Made by a program: the position numbers and the translations under genes. Below the pieces are notes generated by a model, which was not told the origin of the DNA, ran no database searches, and saw nothing but the letters and a program-made list of their open reading frames with translations. Below are positions 1-8,429 of a DNA stretch of 32,000 bases, piece by piece (within the stretch, counting starts at the first letter, position 1; each line of letters opens with the position of its first letter). The stretch covers positions 30,001 through 62,000 of the forward strand of contig CAKTSY010000001.1 of NCBI GenBank assembly GCA_934613415.1, given 5' to 3'. The DNA is from an uncultured Opitutales bacterium. GTDB lineage: Bacteria; Verrucomicrobiota; Verrucomicrobiia; Opitutales; Intestinicryptomonadaceae.

Positions 1-2
1 AT

Positions 3-581
3 ATGGAAGATACAGTACTTACTAAATTGCGTTGCGGAGACGAAAAGGCTTTTGGAAAGCTTGTTTCGGACAACTACGCTATGGTGTTAAATCAGGCAAA
101 CAAGATATTAAACAACAGGCAAGACGCCGAAGAAGTTGCCCAAGACACCTTCATTAAAGCCCGAAATTCCATCTCGAATTTCAGGGGCGACTGCGCTTTG
201 TCTACTTGGTTGTATCGCATTGCCACAAATTTGGCTAAAAACAAAAGCTGGTATTGGTGGCGCAGAAAAAGGCATGCAAGTGTTTCTTTTGAAGAGCCCG
301 TTGCTAGCGACGACGGCACAAGCATAACCTTTGGCGATGTTATTAAATGCGAAATGCAAACGCCCAGCGAGGCGAACATTACAAACGAGCTTGAAGAGTT
401 TTTGCCCAAGGCAATGGCGCAAATGCCCGAAATCTATGCCCAAGTTTTAAGGCTTAGGAACGAAAACGACCTTTCGTACGAAGAAATTGCCGAAAAGCTG
501 AACATAGGGGTGGGCACTGTAAAAAGCAGATTGTCGCGTGCAAGAGACTTTTTAAGGGAAAAGCTTAATGCCGAAAAATAG
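3..581 (+). CDS. ECF-type RNA polymerase sigma-70 family factor (RpoE/sigma-24-like)
   Basis: 192-aa ORF. Region-2-like 'FRGDCALSTWLYRIATNLAKN' and region-4 HTH 'LSYEEIAEKLNIGVGTVKSRLSRARDFLREKL'. The stop lies 2 nt before the next ORF start. The ATG is 2 nt from the window edge, so upstream context is unseen. Confidence 0.85.
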   Translation: MEDTVLTKLRCGDEKAFGKLVSDNYAMVLNQANKILNNRQDAEEVAQDTFIKARNSISNFRGDCALSTWLYRIATNLAKNKSWYWWRRKRHASVSFEEPVASDDGTSITFGDVIKCEMQTPSEANITNELEEFLPKAMAQMPEIYAQVLRLRNENDLSYEEIAEKLNIGVGTVKSRLSRARDFLREKLNAEK

Positions 582-583
582 GA

Positions 584-1069
584 ATGGCACTTTCTAAAGA
601 CAGGTTTCAAGAGATTGTAAGCTCTTACCTAGACGGCGAAGCTACCAATGAGGAGCTTCGCCTTTTGGTGTCGGCAATAAGGGAGAACCCCGAATTTGCA
701 AACATATTCTACGAAAATTGCCGAATCTATATGGCATCGTGCAAAATATACGGCAAAAAACCCAAATTTGCGCCGCTGCCCGTGGTTGAAGTTTTGCCCG
801 AAAAGGAAAAAGAAAGCCCCAAACAGGTTGCGCTAGAGTGGATTGCCGTGTTTTCGCTCATGCTTACAAGCATTGCAATGTTTTATGCAAGTTCGCTATG
901 CGCAAGCGAAAATGTCGAAAACGCAACACAAAACACGCAATACTACAGCAATTTATACGACACAAATACAACTAGCGAAATTTCGGGCAATTCGCACGTT
1001 TGCGGTTATGTAAAATTTTCCACAAAAGCAAAAGTTATCTTGCCCGAAAAAGCTCCGACAAAAGAATAG
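584..1069 (+). CDS. Putative membrane anti-sigma factor partnered with the ECF sigma
   Basis: 161-aa ORF tightly coupled to the sigma gene. The N-terminus 'DRFQEIVSSYLDGEATNEELRLL' is typical of anti-sigma N-terminal domains. One central TM helix, 'LEWIAVFSLMLTSIAMFYASSL'. The call rests on position plus architecture only. Confidence 0.55.
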   Translation: MALSKDRFQEIVSSYLDGEATNEELRLLVSAIRENPEFANIFYENCRIYMASCKIYGKKPKFAPLPVVEVLPEKEKESPKQVALEWIAVFSLMLTSIAMFYASSLCASENVENATQNTQYYSNLYDTNTTSEISGNSHVCGYVKFSTKAKVILPEKAPTKE

Positions 1070-1094
1070 GCGTGTATTTTTATCTCATGCAAAT

Positions 1095-1125
1095 AAATGC
1101 AATAGAGGTTGAATTTGCATTTTTT
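1095..1125. terminator. Weak hairpin between convergent genes
   Basis: AAATGCAA (1095-1102) pairs with TTGCATTT (1115-1122) across a 12-nt loop, followed by a T-run on the + strand. The loop is large, so support is weak. Confidence 0.35.
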
Positions 1126-1924
1126 ACCTAAAGTTTTTGTAGAAATATGCGTCTTTAAAAGAGGGTATTTTTTTGCGCACCTCGGTTGCAGTTTCGGGAG
1201 AAACCTCGGCGCAAACATTGTCGGGGGTGTCTTGTTTTGCCAAGGCGCAAACTTCTCCCCAAGGGTCTATAATTTGGCTTAGGCCGAAATATTTTGCGCT
1301 TTTTGCGCCGAAATTTTCGGTGCCCGACTGGTTTACCGCAACCATATATGCCTGATTTTCTATTGCGCGCGCTTTGCACAATGTTGTAAAATGTTCCAGC
1401 CTTGGGTGCGGCCAGGCAGCTACAACAATAAACATATTGGCTCCAGCAAACGCCATTTGTCTAAAAAGCTCCGGAAAGCGCAAATCGTAGCAAACTGCAA
1501 AGCCTATGTTAAATCCGCAAAAGTCGTTTAAAATAACGGGTGCAGTACCCCGGCTTATGTATTTGTCTTCGTGGAAGGGGCTAAACAGGTGCATTTTGTC
1601 GTAAGTGCAAAGTTTGTCGCCTTTTTTGTCGAAAAAATATAGCCTGTTTTTAACGCAATCGCCGTTTACAATGGCTGGCATAGAACCGCAAACTGCAACC
1701 GAATTGTTCTTCGCAATTTTGCTTAGCGAAGCTTCAAAATAGCTTTTATTTTCAAGCAAAAACGCCTTGTTTTTTGCGTAGTTAAAGCCGCCCGTAAACA
1801 TTTCGGGCAAAACAACCAAGTCGCAATTGTCTTTGCGTGCGTTTGCGCAACAACTGTTTGCAGTTTGCAGGTTTTCGGCAAAGGCTGCTTGTTTTACGTT
1901 AATTTGTGCGCACATTATTTTCAT
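1124..1924 (-). CDS. Carbon-nitrogen hydrolase family protein (nitrilase superfamily, omega-amidase/YafV-like)
   Basis: Glu-Lys-Cys triad contexts are visible: 'VVLPEMFTGGF', 'YDKMHLF', 'FAVCYDLRFPELFR'. I use the ATG at 1924 (MKIMCAQ...) instead of the TTG at 1933 in the ORF track. Confidence 0.8.
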   Translation of the reverse strand: MKIMCAQINVKQAAFAENLQTANSCCANARKDNCDLVVLPEMFTGGFNYAKNKAFLLENKSYFEASLSKIAKNNSVAVCGSMPAIVNGDCVKNRLYFFDKKGDKLCTYDKMHLFSPFHEDKYISRGTAPVILNDFCGFNIGFAVCYDLRFPELFRQMAFAGANMFIVVAAWPHPRLEHFTTLCKARAIENQAYMVAVNQSGTENFGAKSAKYFGLSQIIDPWGEVCALAKQDTPDNVCAEVSPETATEVRKKIPSFKDAYFYKNFR

Positions 1925-1940
1925 AGTTGGCAATGCTTAC

Positions 1941-1971
1941 AAAAAAAGAGCCTTTTTAAAAGCTCTTTTTT
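1941..1971 (-). terminator. Rho-independent terminator after the TIM-barrel gene
   Basis: AAAGAGC (1945-1951) pairs with GCTCTTT (1962-1968). It is flanked by an A-run and a T-run, so it has a U-tract on either strand. Confidence 0.6.
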
Positions 1972-2003
1972 GCGGTTTAAGATTTATGTTTTTATGCCAA
2001 AAA

Positions 2004-2939
2004 CTAGGCATCTAAATCTATTGCTCGGTAGCTGTCTATAAGGTGTTGGTCGCCTTCTTTTGTGTTGGCTTTTTGGCCGTGTTCCATGCCTATAACGCCG
2101 TTGTAGCCGTTTTCTTTTAGCACCTTAAAGATGTTCTTATAGTTTACTTCGCCGTCGCAGGGTTCTTTGCGGCCGGGAACTTCGCCCATTTGGTAGTAGC
2201 CAATTTCGCTCCAAGCTTGCTTGATATTATAGATAATATTGCCTTCGGTTATCTGCTGGTGGTAAATATCGAACAAAATTTTGCAAGAGGGGCTGTTTAC
2301 CGCTTTGCACAAAGCGTATGCCTGATTTATTGTTTTTAGCCACAAATTGGGGTGGTTTTTGGGGTTAAGGGGTTCTAGCACCATAACCAAGCCGGCCTTT
2401 TCGCAAATTTCGGAACAAAACTTAAGGTTGTCCATAACGTTTGCAAATTGGTAGCCGTAGTCTAAACGTTCGTCGAAGCAGCCGGGAACTACCGTGCAAA
2501 GCTTTGTGTGCACGCGCTTAGAGCACTCTACCGCCTCTTCCATTCGCTTTTTAAGAAATTCCCTTACGCCTTTTTTGTCTTCGTTGCGGTCTTTAAGCTC
2601 GAATCTGTTCGAAATCATTAGCGGGCTTTTAAAGTTGGCATATGCCAAGAATATGCCCATATCCATTCCTAGGCGTTCCCTTTCTTTTGTGATGGCTTCC
2701 TGTACTTCTACAGGGCGTTTCATCATACCATTGTCTTCGAAGGCGGTAAAGCCGCAGTCGGCAAAAAACTTTATTTTGTCTACGGGGTTTTTACCCGCGC
2801 TGGCGTCGAACTGTCCAAAGTGCGGAGCGAATTTAACATTGAATTTTTTTGCCTTTGTGCTTTCGCCGGCAAACGTTTTTGCGGCACCAAAAACAGATGC
2901 GCCCAAAACGGCTGTTTTTACGAAGTTTCGTCTGTCCAT
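2004..2939 (-). CDS. Tat-exported sugar phosphate isomerase/epimerase (xylose-isomerase-like TIM barrel, hydroxypyruvate-isomerase-like)
   Basis: 311 aa. The N-terminal twin-arginine signal 'MDRRNFVKTAVLGASVFGAAKTFA' matches S/T-R-R-x-F-L-K. The body resembles AP-endonuclease-2/xylose-isomerase-like TIM-barrel proteins ('VLEPLNPKNHP', 'GVIGMEHG'). Confidence 0.65.
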   Translation of the reverse strand: MDRRNFVKTAVLGASVFGAAKTFAGESTKAKKFNVKFAPHFGQFDASAGKNPVDKIKFFADCGFTAFEDNGMMKRPVEVQEAITKERERLGMDMGIFLAYANFKSPLMISNRFELKDRNEDKKGVREFLKKRMEEAVECSKRVHTKLCTVVPGCFDERLDYGYQFANVMDNLKFCSEICEKAGLVMVLEPLNPKNHPNLWLKTINQAYALCKAVNSPSCKILFDIYHQQITEGNIIYNIKQAWSEIGYYQMGEVPGRKEPCDGEVNYKNIFKVLKENGYNGVIGMEHGQKANTKEGDQHLIDSYRAIDLDA

Positions 2940-3086
2940 ATATACTTGTTGTTTATAATTTATGCGTGAAATATAAGTAAGAATTTATTATCGCATTTGA
3001 TTTGCCATTATTCAAGTTAATAATTTTGTAAAATTTTATTAAAAAAGAGTTGATTTATAAAAACTATATGCTAAAGTTAGCTACAT

Positions 3087-3338
3087 ATGAAACTTCGTAA
3101 TTTATTTTTATTATCCACAGTATTAATCTCCGGCTTAATGTCGGCTTGCTCGTCTAACGATCAAGTAGCGCACAACAAAACAACAGTTTTGGGTATTGTT
3201 ACTTTCGAACCCGCATGCTACGAGGTAACTAAAGACACTTCCGACATCATCAGGTCTGACGAGGTTTACGGTATGGAATTGCCCTCTGGCAACAGAACCC
3301 AGTTCTTGTGGGGCGCAATTTCGATAGAAGATTACTAA
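3087..3338 (+). CDS. Small hypothetical lipoprotein
   Basis: 83 aa. Signal peptide with lipobox 'GLMSAC'. A strong terminator immediately downstream supports a real + strand transcript. Confidence 0.5.
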   Translation: MKLRNLFLLSTVLISGLMSACSSNDQVAHNKTTVLGIVTFEPACYEVTKDTSDIIRSDEVYGMELPSGNRTQFLWGAISIEDY

Positions 3339-3366
3339 ACCGTAATTTTCATAACCCTTTAGCAAG

Positions 3367-3398
3367 AAGCCTATTTCAACAAAGAAATAGGCTTTTTC
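3367..3398 (+). terminator. Rho-independent terminator
   Basis: AAGCCTATTTC (3367-3377) pairs perfectly with GAAATAGGCTT (3384-3394) across a 6-nt loop, followed by TTT. Confidence 0.75.
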
Positions 3399-3426
3399 GG
3401 GATAATTTAGGGGGAGACAACATAAG

Positions 3427-4092
3427 GTGGAAAACTGCAACATAAAGGGCATATTGTTCGATTTAGACGGAACATTGGTAGACAATTTCCACGCAATACA
3501 TTCGTGCGCATCGTATGCGGCAAGAAAGCTTGGGCTAGAACCGCCTAATTTTGAAAATACGGTAAACAGTGTAGGTGGCTCTATACTGATTACAATGGGC
3601 AAGCTTTTTGGCGAAAAAGACGCAATGCGCTTGGCCGAAATTTATACGGAAAATTTTTACCGCTTTATGTTCGACGGCCTAACCCTAATGCCCCGCACGG
3701 TAGAGTTCCTGGAATTTTTGCGCAAAAAAAAGTATAAAATTGCGCTTTTTACAAATAAAGAAGAACACGCCGCCCGCGAAATTTTGTCGAAGCTAAGCAT
3801 TTTGCCGTATTTTTGCGCGGTAACGGGAACAACACTGCATTCGCCGCGCAAGCCCGACAAAGAATTTACATTTACAGCCCTAAACAAAATGAAGCTTTTG
3901 CCAGAAAACGCGCTTATTGTGGGCGATTCGCTGTACGACTATAATTCGGCGCAAAATGCGGGGGTAAACTGCACATTGGTTGCAACTGGCACCGTTGCAA
4001 AGTCGGATTTGTCTAAAAAAGCTAAAAACGCACTTGGCATTTATTCCGACTTTTCTGAAATGACCGAACGCTTTTTCGGGGCAAGCCTGTAA
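3427..4092 (+). CDS. HAD-superfamily hydrolase (phosphoglycolate phosphatase/PpaX-like)
   Basis: Motif I 'FDLDGTLVDN', motif II 'LFTNK', motif IV 'GDSLYDYNSAQNAG'. GTG start. The stop overlaps the recD2 ATG (TAATG). Confidence 0.8.
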   Translation: MENCNIKGILFDLDGTLVDNFHAIHSCASYAARKLGLEPPNFENTVNSVGGSILITMGKLFGEKDAMRLAEIYTENFYRFMFDGLTLMPRTVEFLEFLRKKKYKIALFTNKEEHAAREILSKLSILPYFCAVTGTTLHSPRKPDKEFTFTALNKMKLLPENALIVGDSLYDYNSAQNAGVNCTLVATGTVAKSDLSKKAKNALGIYSDFSEMTERFFGASL

Positions 4093-6272
4093 TGGAAGGC
4101 GCGTTGTCAACCATAGAGGGCGTTGTAGAAAAAATTCTTTTTTACAACGAAGACAACAACTATTGCGTTGCCCAAATAAAAAGTTCCGACAAAAATTCTT
4201 TTACCATTACGGGAACGCTGCCTTCAATTCAATGCGGCGAAACCATTGAGGCAAAGGGTTATTGGCAACGCCACAAAAGTTACGGCGACCAGCTAAAAGT
4301 TGTTTCCTTTAAAAGCAAGCTGCCGTCGTCTTTATACGGCATAAAAAAATTTTTGGGCAGCGGGCTAATTCAGGGAATAGGCAAAGGCTATGCCGAAAAG
4401 ATTGTAAACCGCTTTGGCGAAAACACGCTGAAAATTATCGATGAAGATTCCGCCCGCCTAAGAGAGGTTGCGGGCATTGGCGAAAAGCGCGTTAAGGAAA
4501 TTAAAAAATCGTGGGACGCCCAGCGCAATTTGCGCGAAGTTGTAATGCAACTTAGAACCTACGGAGTTGGCATAAAGCACTGCGCCGACATAGTTAAAAA
4601 ATACGGCGAAAAAGCCCTGAGTGTTATTGCCGAAAACCCATATAAGTTGGCTATGGAAATTAGCGGTATTGGCTTTAAAACCGCCGATCAAATTGCATTG
4701 AATTCGGGCATTGCAAACGAGTCGAATTTTAGAATAAAAGCGGGGCTTAGCTTTACTTTAAGCGAGTTTGAGCAGCTTGGGCACACAATGGCCGACATAG
4801 ACATTTTAATAGAAACGGCTTCGCAAAACTTGGCGGTAGATGCGGTTCTATGCAAAGAACGCCTGCTTGAAATGATAAATTTGGGTGAACTTGTGCTTAT
4901 AAATTCGCGCTTTGTTCAGTTAAAGGCCAATGCCATATGCGAAAGGCGCATCGCGGAAAGCCTAAATTCTATAAACACAGAGCATTCTTGCCTGCCGCAA
5001 ATTGCGGTAGATAAAGCTGTTGTTTGGGCGCAGGAAAAGCTGAATGCGCAACTGTCGCCGGAGCAAGTTTCGGCGGTAAAAAATTCTATTAAAAACAAAA
5101 TTTGCGTTATAACCGGCGGGCCCGGCACTGGCAAAACAACGGTGTTAAGGGCAATAACCGCAATCTTAAACGCAAAAAAAGTTAAGATAGTTTTGGCTGC
5201 CCCCACTGGCAGGGCGGCGCAAAGAATGGCACAAAGCTGCAATATGCCGGCGCAAACCATACACAGAATATTGGCGTATAACCCCCAAACGGGAGCTTTT
5301 ACTTATGGGCGCGACAAAAAGCTAGAGGCCGATTTTGTTATTGTAGACGAATCTTCTATGCTAGACGAAAAGTTGGCAAACGCCCTGTTTAGAGCCGTAA
5401 AGGAAAGCGCGCACCTTTTGCTTGTAGGCGACATAGACCAGCTGCCGAGCGTTGGAGCGGGCAATGTTTTAAAAGATATTATTGAATGCGGAATTTTTAA
5501 GACCGTTGTTTTAAAAAGAATTTTCAGGCAAAGCGAAAATTCCGACATAGTAGACCTTGCCCACGATATACTTGATGGCAAAAACACGCTTTCGCAATAC
5601 AAGGCTTCGATGAACATTAGTCCATTTAGGCAAGTCGAATTTTTTGCGGTAGACAGCCCCGAAAACGCGGTAAAAACGGCATTGCACTTGCTTGAAAACG
5701 AAATCCCAAAAAGTATGCCCGAAGTTGACATTATAAACGATGTTCAGTTTTTGCTGCCAATGCACAAGGGGCAGGCGGGCATTGGGGCTTTAAACGATAC
5801 CTTGCAAGAGCGTTTAAACAAAAATACGCAAAGCACACGCATTGGGGCAACTTTGTTTAAAAAGGGCGACAAGCTTATACAGACAAAAAACAACTATCTG
5901 CTAGACGTTTACAACGGCGATATGGGCATTTTAAGCGGGATTTCAGACGACGTTCTAGCCGTGGATTTTCAGGGCAAAACCGCAGAATTTACAAAAACCG
6001 ACGCCTTCGACCTGCGCTTGGCGTATGCGGTTAGCGTGCATAAGTCGCAGGGCAGCGAATTTCCCGTAGTAGTTTTAATTTTAATGAAAAGCCACTTTAT
6101 GCTTTTGCAGCGCAATTTATTGTATACTGCATTGACAAGGGCAAAGAAAAAGGCGTTCATTATCGGCGAACCATACGCATGGCAAATGGCCATAGCCAAC
6201 GACAAATCGCTTAAGCGCGACACGGGGTTAAAACAAAGGCTGCTTTCCTATCAAGACACACAATGGCGATAA
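4092..6272 (+). CDS. recD2: RecD2/YrrC-type SF1 ATP-dependent DNA helicase
   Basis: 726 aa. N-terminal OB/HhH-like region. Walker A 'VITGGPGTGKTT', Walker B 'VIVDESSMLD', motif 'LVGDIDQLPSVGAG', C-terminal 'AVSVHKSQGSEFPVV' and 'LYTALTRAKK'. Confidence 0.9.
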   Translation: MEGALSTIEGVVEKILFYNEDNNYCVAQIKSSDKNSFTITGTLPSIQCGETIEAKGYWQRHKSYGDQLKVVSFKSKLPSSLYGIKKFLGSGLIQGIGKGYAEKIVNRFGENTLKIIDEDSARLREVAGIGEKRVKEIKKSWDAQRNLREVVMQLRTYGVGIKHCADIVKKYGEKALSVIAENPYKLAMEISGIGFKTADQIALNSGIANESNFRIKAGLSFTLSEFEQLGHTMADIDILIETASQNLAVDAVLCKERLLEMINLGELVLINSRFVQLKANAICERRIAESLNSINTEHSCLPQIAVDKAVVWAQEKLNAQLSPEQVSAVKNSIKNKICVITGGPGTGKTTVLRAITAILNAKKVKIVLAAPTGRAAQRMAQSCNMPAQTIHRILAYNPQTGAFTYGRDKKLEADFVIVDESSMLDEKLANALFRAVKESAHLLLVGDIDQLPSVGAGNVLKDIIECGIFKTVVLKRIFRQSENSDIVDLAHDILDGKNTLSQYKASMNISPFRQVEFFAVDSPENAVKTALHLLENEIPKSMPEVDIINDVQFLLPMHKGQAGIGALNDTLQERLNKNTQSTRIGATLFKKGDKLIQTKNNYLLDVYNGDMGILSGISDDVLAVDFQGKTAEFTKTDAFDLRLAYAVSVHKSQGSEFPVVVLILMKSHFMLLQRNLLYTALTRAKKKAFIIGEPYAWQMAIANDKSLKRDTGLKQRLLSYQDTQWR

Positions 6273-7156
6273 AAATTTACAATTCACACACAAATAAATA
6301 CGAAACCGAAGAAGTTCCTGCCGAGCTTTTTTTAAAATTTTTATATTCAAACGCAGTAGGCAAACTTGCCTTGTGGGCGTTAATTAAGCGCAAGGTATTT
6401 TCTAAAATATTCGGCGTTTGGGCAAACTCTTCTATAAGCAAAAATGCTGGGCCAAAATTTGCAAAGGCACACTCCATAAATTTAGACGATTGCCCCAAAA
6501 AAGACTTTGCCAATTTTAACGACTTTTTTGCAAGAGAGCTTTTGCCCGAAGCCAGACCCCCCAAAGGCGGCGAAGACTGCGTATTTTTCCCCGCCGATTC
6601 GCGAAACTTGGCGGCGCAAAATATAGACGAAAACTATTCGTTTTACGCCAAAGGCCAAAAGCTAGACATCGCCCAACTTTTGGGCTGTGCCGAATGCGCA
6701 AAGCTTTTTAACGGCGGCTCTATTCTCATTTCCAGGCTAAGCCCCGTAGACTACCATAGGTTTCACTACCCAATTTCTGGCACAATAGAAGCCAGAAAGC
6801 GCATAAAAGGGCACTTAAACTCGGTTAGCCCGATAGCGCTTTGCAGGGGCTTAAAGTATCTGCTGCAAAACGAAAGGGTTGTAAATATATTGCGCCACAA
6901 AAGCGGGGCATATTGCGCTGTTGTGCAAATTGGGGCAACAAATGTAGGCGGCATAATAAATTTCGACAAAATTGGCGCAAATGTTAAAGCCGCAGCCCAA
7001 ATGGGCAAATTCCTTTTTGGGGGCTCTTGTGTGGTTTGCGTTTTCCCAAAAGGTTTTGTTGAATTTGCGCCAAAACTTTTGGAATGTAGCGCAAAAAATA
7101 TAGAATATTACGCGCACGTTGGCGATGTTTGCGGCAAAATTGTTGCAGATAAATAA
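6263..7156 (+). CDS. psd: Phosphatidylserine decarboxylase proenzyme
   Basis: 297 aa. 'LSPVDYHRFHYPISG' motif and a candidate pyruvoyl self-cleavage site 'FGGSCVV' near the C-terminus. The start overlaps the recD2 end by 10 nt. Confidence 0.8.
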   Translation: MAIKIYNSHTNKYETEEVPAELFLKFLYSNAVGKLALWALIKRKVFSKIFGVWANSSISKNAGPKFAKAHSINLDDCPKKDFANFNDFFARELLPEARPPKGGEDCVFFPADSRNLAAQNIDENYSFYAKGQKLDIAQLLGCAECAKLFNGGSILISRLSPVDYHRFHYPISGTIEARKRIKGHLNSVSPIALCRGLKYLLQNERVVNILRHKSGAYCAVVQIGATNVGGIINFDKIGANVKAAAQMGKFLFGGSCVVCVFPKGFVEFAPKLLECSAKNIEYYAHVGDVCGKIVADK

Positions 7157-7160
7157 TAAA

Positions 7161-7193
7161 AAATCCGCACCAAAAAACGGTGCGGATTTTTGC
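7161..7193. terminator. Bidirectional rho-independent terminator
   Basis: AAAATCCGCACC pairs with GGTGCGGATTTT across the loop AAAAAAC. It lies between convergent psd (+) and the propeller gene (-). Confidence 0.85.
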
Positions 7194-7203
7194 TTTAAAA
7201 GAT

Positions 7204-8415
7204 TTAAAGCGATTTGTCTAGCAATTCGAAAAGGGTAACCTTTACAAATTCGCCGCCGCCTTCGCTAAAATATACAAGGCGCCCGTCGCTGCTTACCGCG
7301 GGGTGCGGGTGGTAGTAGTTGTGTTTGTTTTCGCCTCTAAACGATTTTAAAACCTCTTTTGTTTTTGTTTTAGAATCGAGCAAAATCACCCAGGTTTTCG
7401 GGTTTTTTACGTCGCCGGAAACGCGCTTTGTGTTGCCCCACCACATTGTATCGGCAACATACACTGTGCCGTCGGCATTTATAGCGCAGTGCCAATAGTT
7501 GTCGTAGTCTACAACTTTGTAGTCGCTACCGTCGGTATTCATTGTAACCAACGCCCCGGGAATTTTGCTAACCGAATATCTTACTGCCGCAATCTTGTTG
7601 CCGCCCGTCATTTCGTGGCCAATGCACTCTATAAGCGAGCCGTTGTTTTTGTCTAAATAGTGGTTGTGTAAAATTTTGTGCCAACCCGTTTTCCAGTTTA
7701 TGCGGTTTATGCGGTCGGGAATTGTAGAAGTTTCGCCCTCGTGTGCATACATTATATAGTCGGGGTTGTCGTCCATAAACTGGTAGTGGTTTGCCACAAA
7801 GCGGTAGTTGCCCATACCAACATCTTTTATCAGCTTGCCCGTTTTTAGGTCTATAACGCAAAAACCAAGATAACTATATTGACCTTTTTTATCGGGGTTA
7901 TTTACATAGGCCCCCATAACCATTAAAGTTTCGTCTTTGTTTATGTCGCCGTTATGCAGTGCCGCTGTTTTTATGGGGTGCTCGAAAAATACCGAGGTTT
8001 TGCCGTCGTTTAGGTCAACCTTGTATATTTTATTGTTGCGCGTTATATATATGCAGTTTTGCGAAGCGCAATGGATTGCCCCCAATGTGCAATATCCCGA
8101 AAACATTTTGTCGAGCTTAACTTCTTTTACAAATTTGCCTTGGGTTATGTCGTATACATGGGCGCGCGGGTCGTTAAGATCTTTGTCGTGCGAATAGCAG
8201 ATTACCGTTTTATTGTCTTTGCCAAAAGAATTGTGCGTGTAATATGCGCGCATTACATGGCGGTTTTCAAGCTGCAAAGTATGCTCTTTCCAGTTTCGCT
8301 TTACTTCTTTGTAAACATCTGGCTGTGGAGCTTCGTCTTTATATTGCGGTTTGCCTTCGGCAGCAAACAGGTTTAGTGTAAAAGCCGCAAGCAAAGCATA
8401 AAATGCAAATTTCAT
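7204..8415 (-). CDS. Secreted beta-propeller protein, oligogalacturonide lyase (PL22)-like, paralog 1
   Basis: 403 aa. Signal peptide 'MKFAFYALLAAFTLNLFAAEG'. GGAGGA SD upstream. The motifs 'YAHEGETSTIPDRINRINWKTG', 'CIGHEM' and 'YHPHPAVSSDGRLVYFSE' recall the Ogl family (HEG...DR, HxHP metal site). Assignment is from remembered motifs only. Confidence 0.5.
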   Translation of the reverse strand: MKFAFYALLAAFTLNLFAAEGKPQYKDEAPQPDVYKEVKRNWKEHTLQLENRHVMRAYYTHNSFGKDNKTVICYSHDKDLNDPRAHVYDITQGKFVKEVKLDKMFSGYCTLGAIHCASQNCIYITRNNKIYKVDLNDGKTSVFFEHPIKTAALHNGDINKDETLMVMGAYVNNPDKKGQYSYLGFCVIDLKTGKLIKDVGMGNYRFVANHYQFMDDNPDYIMYAHEGETSTIPDRINRINWKTGWHKILHNHYLDKNNGSLIECIGHEMTGGNKIAAVRYSVSKIPGALVTMNTDGSDYKVVDYDNYWHCAINADGTVYVADTMWWGNTKRVSGDVKNPKTWVILLDSKTKTKEVLKSFRGENKHNYYHPHPAVSSDGRLVYFSEGGGEFVKVTLFELLDKSL

Positions 8416-8429
8416 TATAAATTTTCCTC

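Noticed and set aside
3135-3602. A 155-aa minus-strand ORF spanning the small lipoprotein gene, its terminator and the HAD gene start
   Set aside because: It crosses a strong + strand terminator and an intergenic region. It overlaps two better-supported + strand genes and has no recognisable motifs.
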